64,000 nucleotides of DNA from assembly GCA_964016885.1 (NCBI GenBank), contig OZ024742.1, forward strand, positions 329,778,001 through 329,842,000. The letters run 5' to 3'. Shown piece by piece: positions 63,841 through 64,000 of the stretch (positions within the stretch are counted from its first letter, which is position 1; each line of letters starts with the position of its first letter). Position numbers and translations under genes: made by a program. This stretch comes from Eledone cirrhosa (lineage: Eukaryota). A model generated the notes under the pieces. The model did no database searches, was not told where the DNA came from, and saw only the letters and a program-made list of their open reading frames with translations.

Positions 63841-64000
63841 ATATTCTTATAGCAGGAATATGTCTCCTATATGGTATCAATGTCTAGATGAATAATTATT
63901 CCAAATGAAATAGACTATTTCAATATTATCTGACTCATCTTCAAATCCGTCATATCATCTCTGACTCAGACTAAAATCACACAGAGAAATATATTAGCAG

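Overview
Eukaryotic (animal) intergenic or intronic DNA with no bacterial features. The SINE families and (TA)n/(CA)n density resemble an octopus genome (inference). Bases 1-22.4 kb are a GC-richer nest of non-LTR retrotransposons separated by (AAT)n microsatellites: four Tx1/L1-clade elements (ORF1 with CCHC knuckle, ORF2 APE+RT) and two R4/Dong-clade elements (RT plus restriction-like endonuclease). Bases 27.8-48.5 kb and 56-60 kb are (TA)n arrays filled with Penelope-like element pieces (two Naiad-type coding fragments, fold-back inverted repeats, about a dozen type I hammerhead motifs), RTE 3' ends and mariner remnants. SINEs are scattered throughout, and two possible host exons lie near the right end. 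The main leads are: (1) a conserved 52-54 nt GT-AG intron candidate that would fuse Tx1 ORF1 to ORF2 in frame; (2) apparent (ATT)n targeting by this Tx1 family on the strand opposite to Dong; (3) a covarying CUUGU stem-loop, tail and target shared by the Tx1 3' end and the SINE, including four serial insertions at one site; (4) a circularly permuted ~420-bp hammerhead-containing unit. All alignments and folds were done by eye and many boundaries are approximate.
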